Source of the DNA: Acutalibacteraceae bacterium
GTDB taxonomy: Bacteria > Bacillota > Clostridia > Oscillospirales > Acutalibacteraceae
Assembly: GCA_045651285.1 (NCBI GenBank)
Contig: JAZRSC010000014.1
Span: 26,783-90,782 of the forward strand
Reading direction: 5' to 3'
DNA length: 64,000 nucleotides
Shown: positions 63,516-64,000 of the stretch, one piece after another
How positions within the stretch are numbered: the first letter of the stretch is position 1
Layout: every line of letters starts with the position of its first letter
Notes under the pieces: generated by a model
Told to the model about the DNA's origin: nothing
The model's database searches: none
The model's input: only the letters and a program-made list of their open reading frames with translations
Made by a program: the position numbers and the translations under genes

Positions 63516-64000
63516 TTATTTTCGTGTTATCTTCTGATATGTAGAAGGTCTGACATAAGTATATCCAGTGTATTCTTTATCAATTGATTCTGAATGACCT
63601 ATAAATAAGTAACCACCCTCTGCGGTTGCATCGTAAAATCTCTTTACGAGTTTATTGGTTGTTTCAGCATCAAAATAAATCATAACATTACGACAGAAAA
63701 TAATGTCAAACGGTTTTTTATAGACAATCTGGTCCATAAGATTAAATACTTTAAAAATAACTTCTTTACGCATATCTTCAGAAATCTGATAATTACCATC
63801 AGGTTGCATTTTAAAGTATTTTGAACGCCAAACAGGTGGTAAATCTGTGAGATTATCAGCAGAATAAACACCTTTTTTAGCTTTTTCAAGCACTTCGGTA
63901 GAAATATCTGTTGCGAGAATTCTTGTATCCCACTGACTTTTTCTAACACCGAAATACTGGTCTATTGTCATAGCTATATTATATGCTTCCTGACCAGCAG
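63516..64000 (-). CDS. cheR: chemotaxis protein methyltransferase CheR (C-terminal part; N-terminus beyond the window end)
   Basis: The frame stays open upstream of the track's Met. 63972-63998 translate as AGQEAYNIA before MTIDQY, matching the CheR SAM-binding block. ILATDIS...A..GVY, FDIIFCRNVMIYFD and GGYLFIGHSE are present. Confidence 0.85.
   Translation of the reverse strand, partial: AGQEAYNIAMTIDQYFGVRKSQWDTRILATDISTEVLEKAKKGVYSADNLTDLPPVWRSKYFKMQPDGNYQISEDMRKEVIFKVFNLMDQIVYKKPFDIIFCRNVMIYFDAETTNKLVKRFYDATAEGGYLFIGHSESIDKEYTGYTYVRPSTYQKITRK

Noticed and set aside
1-64000. Prophage, integrative element, toxin-antitoxin, restriction-modification or other defence islands.
   Set aside because: I recognised no integrase, transposase, recombinase, phage structural, nuclease/helicase defence or methyltransferase-restriction gene pairs in any frame. 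Composition looks uniform by eye. The accessory-looking content here is surface-protein and repeat-element related, not a defence locus.

Overview
AT-rich, low-GC Clostridia-type chromosomal window. Gene content suggests a motile, spore-forming, cohesin/dockerin-bearing Oscillospiraceae/Ruminococcus-like anaerobe, but that taxon call is inference only. All calls come from reading the ORF translations and the DNA by eye; nothing was computed or searched. There are about 55 CDS in these blocks. (i) 1-9.8 kb: FliB-like methylase fragment, TrmO, GGDEF cyclase, pyrophosphatase, hybrid histidine kinase, SpoVAD, FucO, GH125. (ii) 9.9-13.7 kb: a 1286-aa secreted LRR / Cys-module / dockerin protein. 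(iii) 13.9-22.4 kb: a bifurcating-type [FeFe]-hydrogenase operon (NuoE-like, GHKL ATPase, 2Fe-2S protein, NuoF-like, HydA). It faces a divergent putative H2-sensing module (DRTGG, kinase-like ATPase, HydS-like protein, DRTGG, PHP phosphoesterase). (iv) 23.9-30.7 kb: two tandem paralogous giant secreted proteins, each with an N-terminal cohesin-like domain followed by 13 or 8 FN3-like repeats. (v) 31-52 kb: mostly housekeeping (ileS, prfB without a frameshift site, malic enzyme, SNF transporter, htpG, tex). (vi) 52.2-53.2 kb: a third cohesin-like protein with a C-terminal anchor. (vii) 53.5-58.0 kb: a NuoE/NuoF/GltD-fusion cluster resembling Sporomusa-type Nfn (StnABC). (viii) 59.1-62.1 kb: feoA-feoB plus a small Cys-rich gene, three DtxR-type operator palindromes and a divergent DtxR-family repressor. 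(ix) cheB/cheR at the right edge. I saw no rRNA, tRNA, CRISPR, transposase, integrase or recognisable defence genes. The most unusual signals are non-coding. One is a five-copy family of composite elements sitting just 3' of genes, each built as 7-nt array, conserved box with mini-hairpin, terminator-like hairpin, 7-nt array. The others are a second hairpin-repeat family (2.3 tandem units plus one distant copy) and a 279-nt element bounded by 28-nt imperfect inverted repeats.
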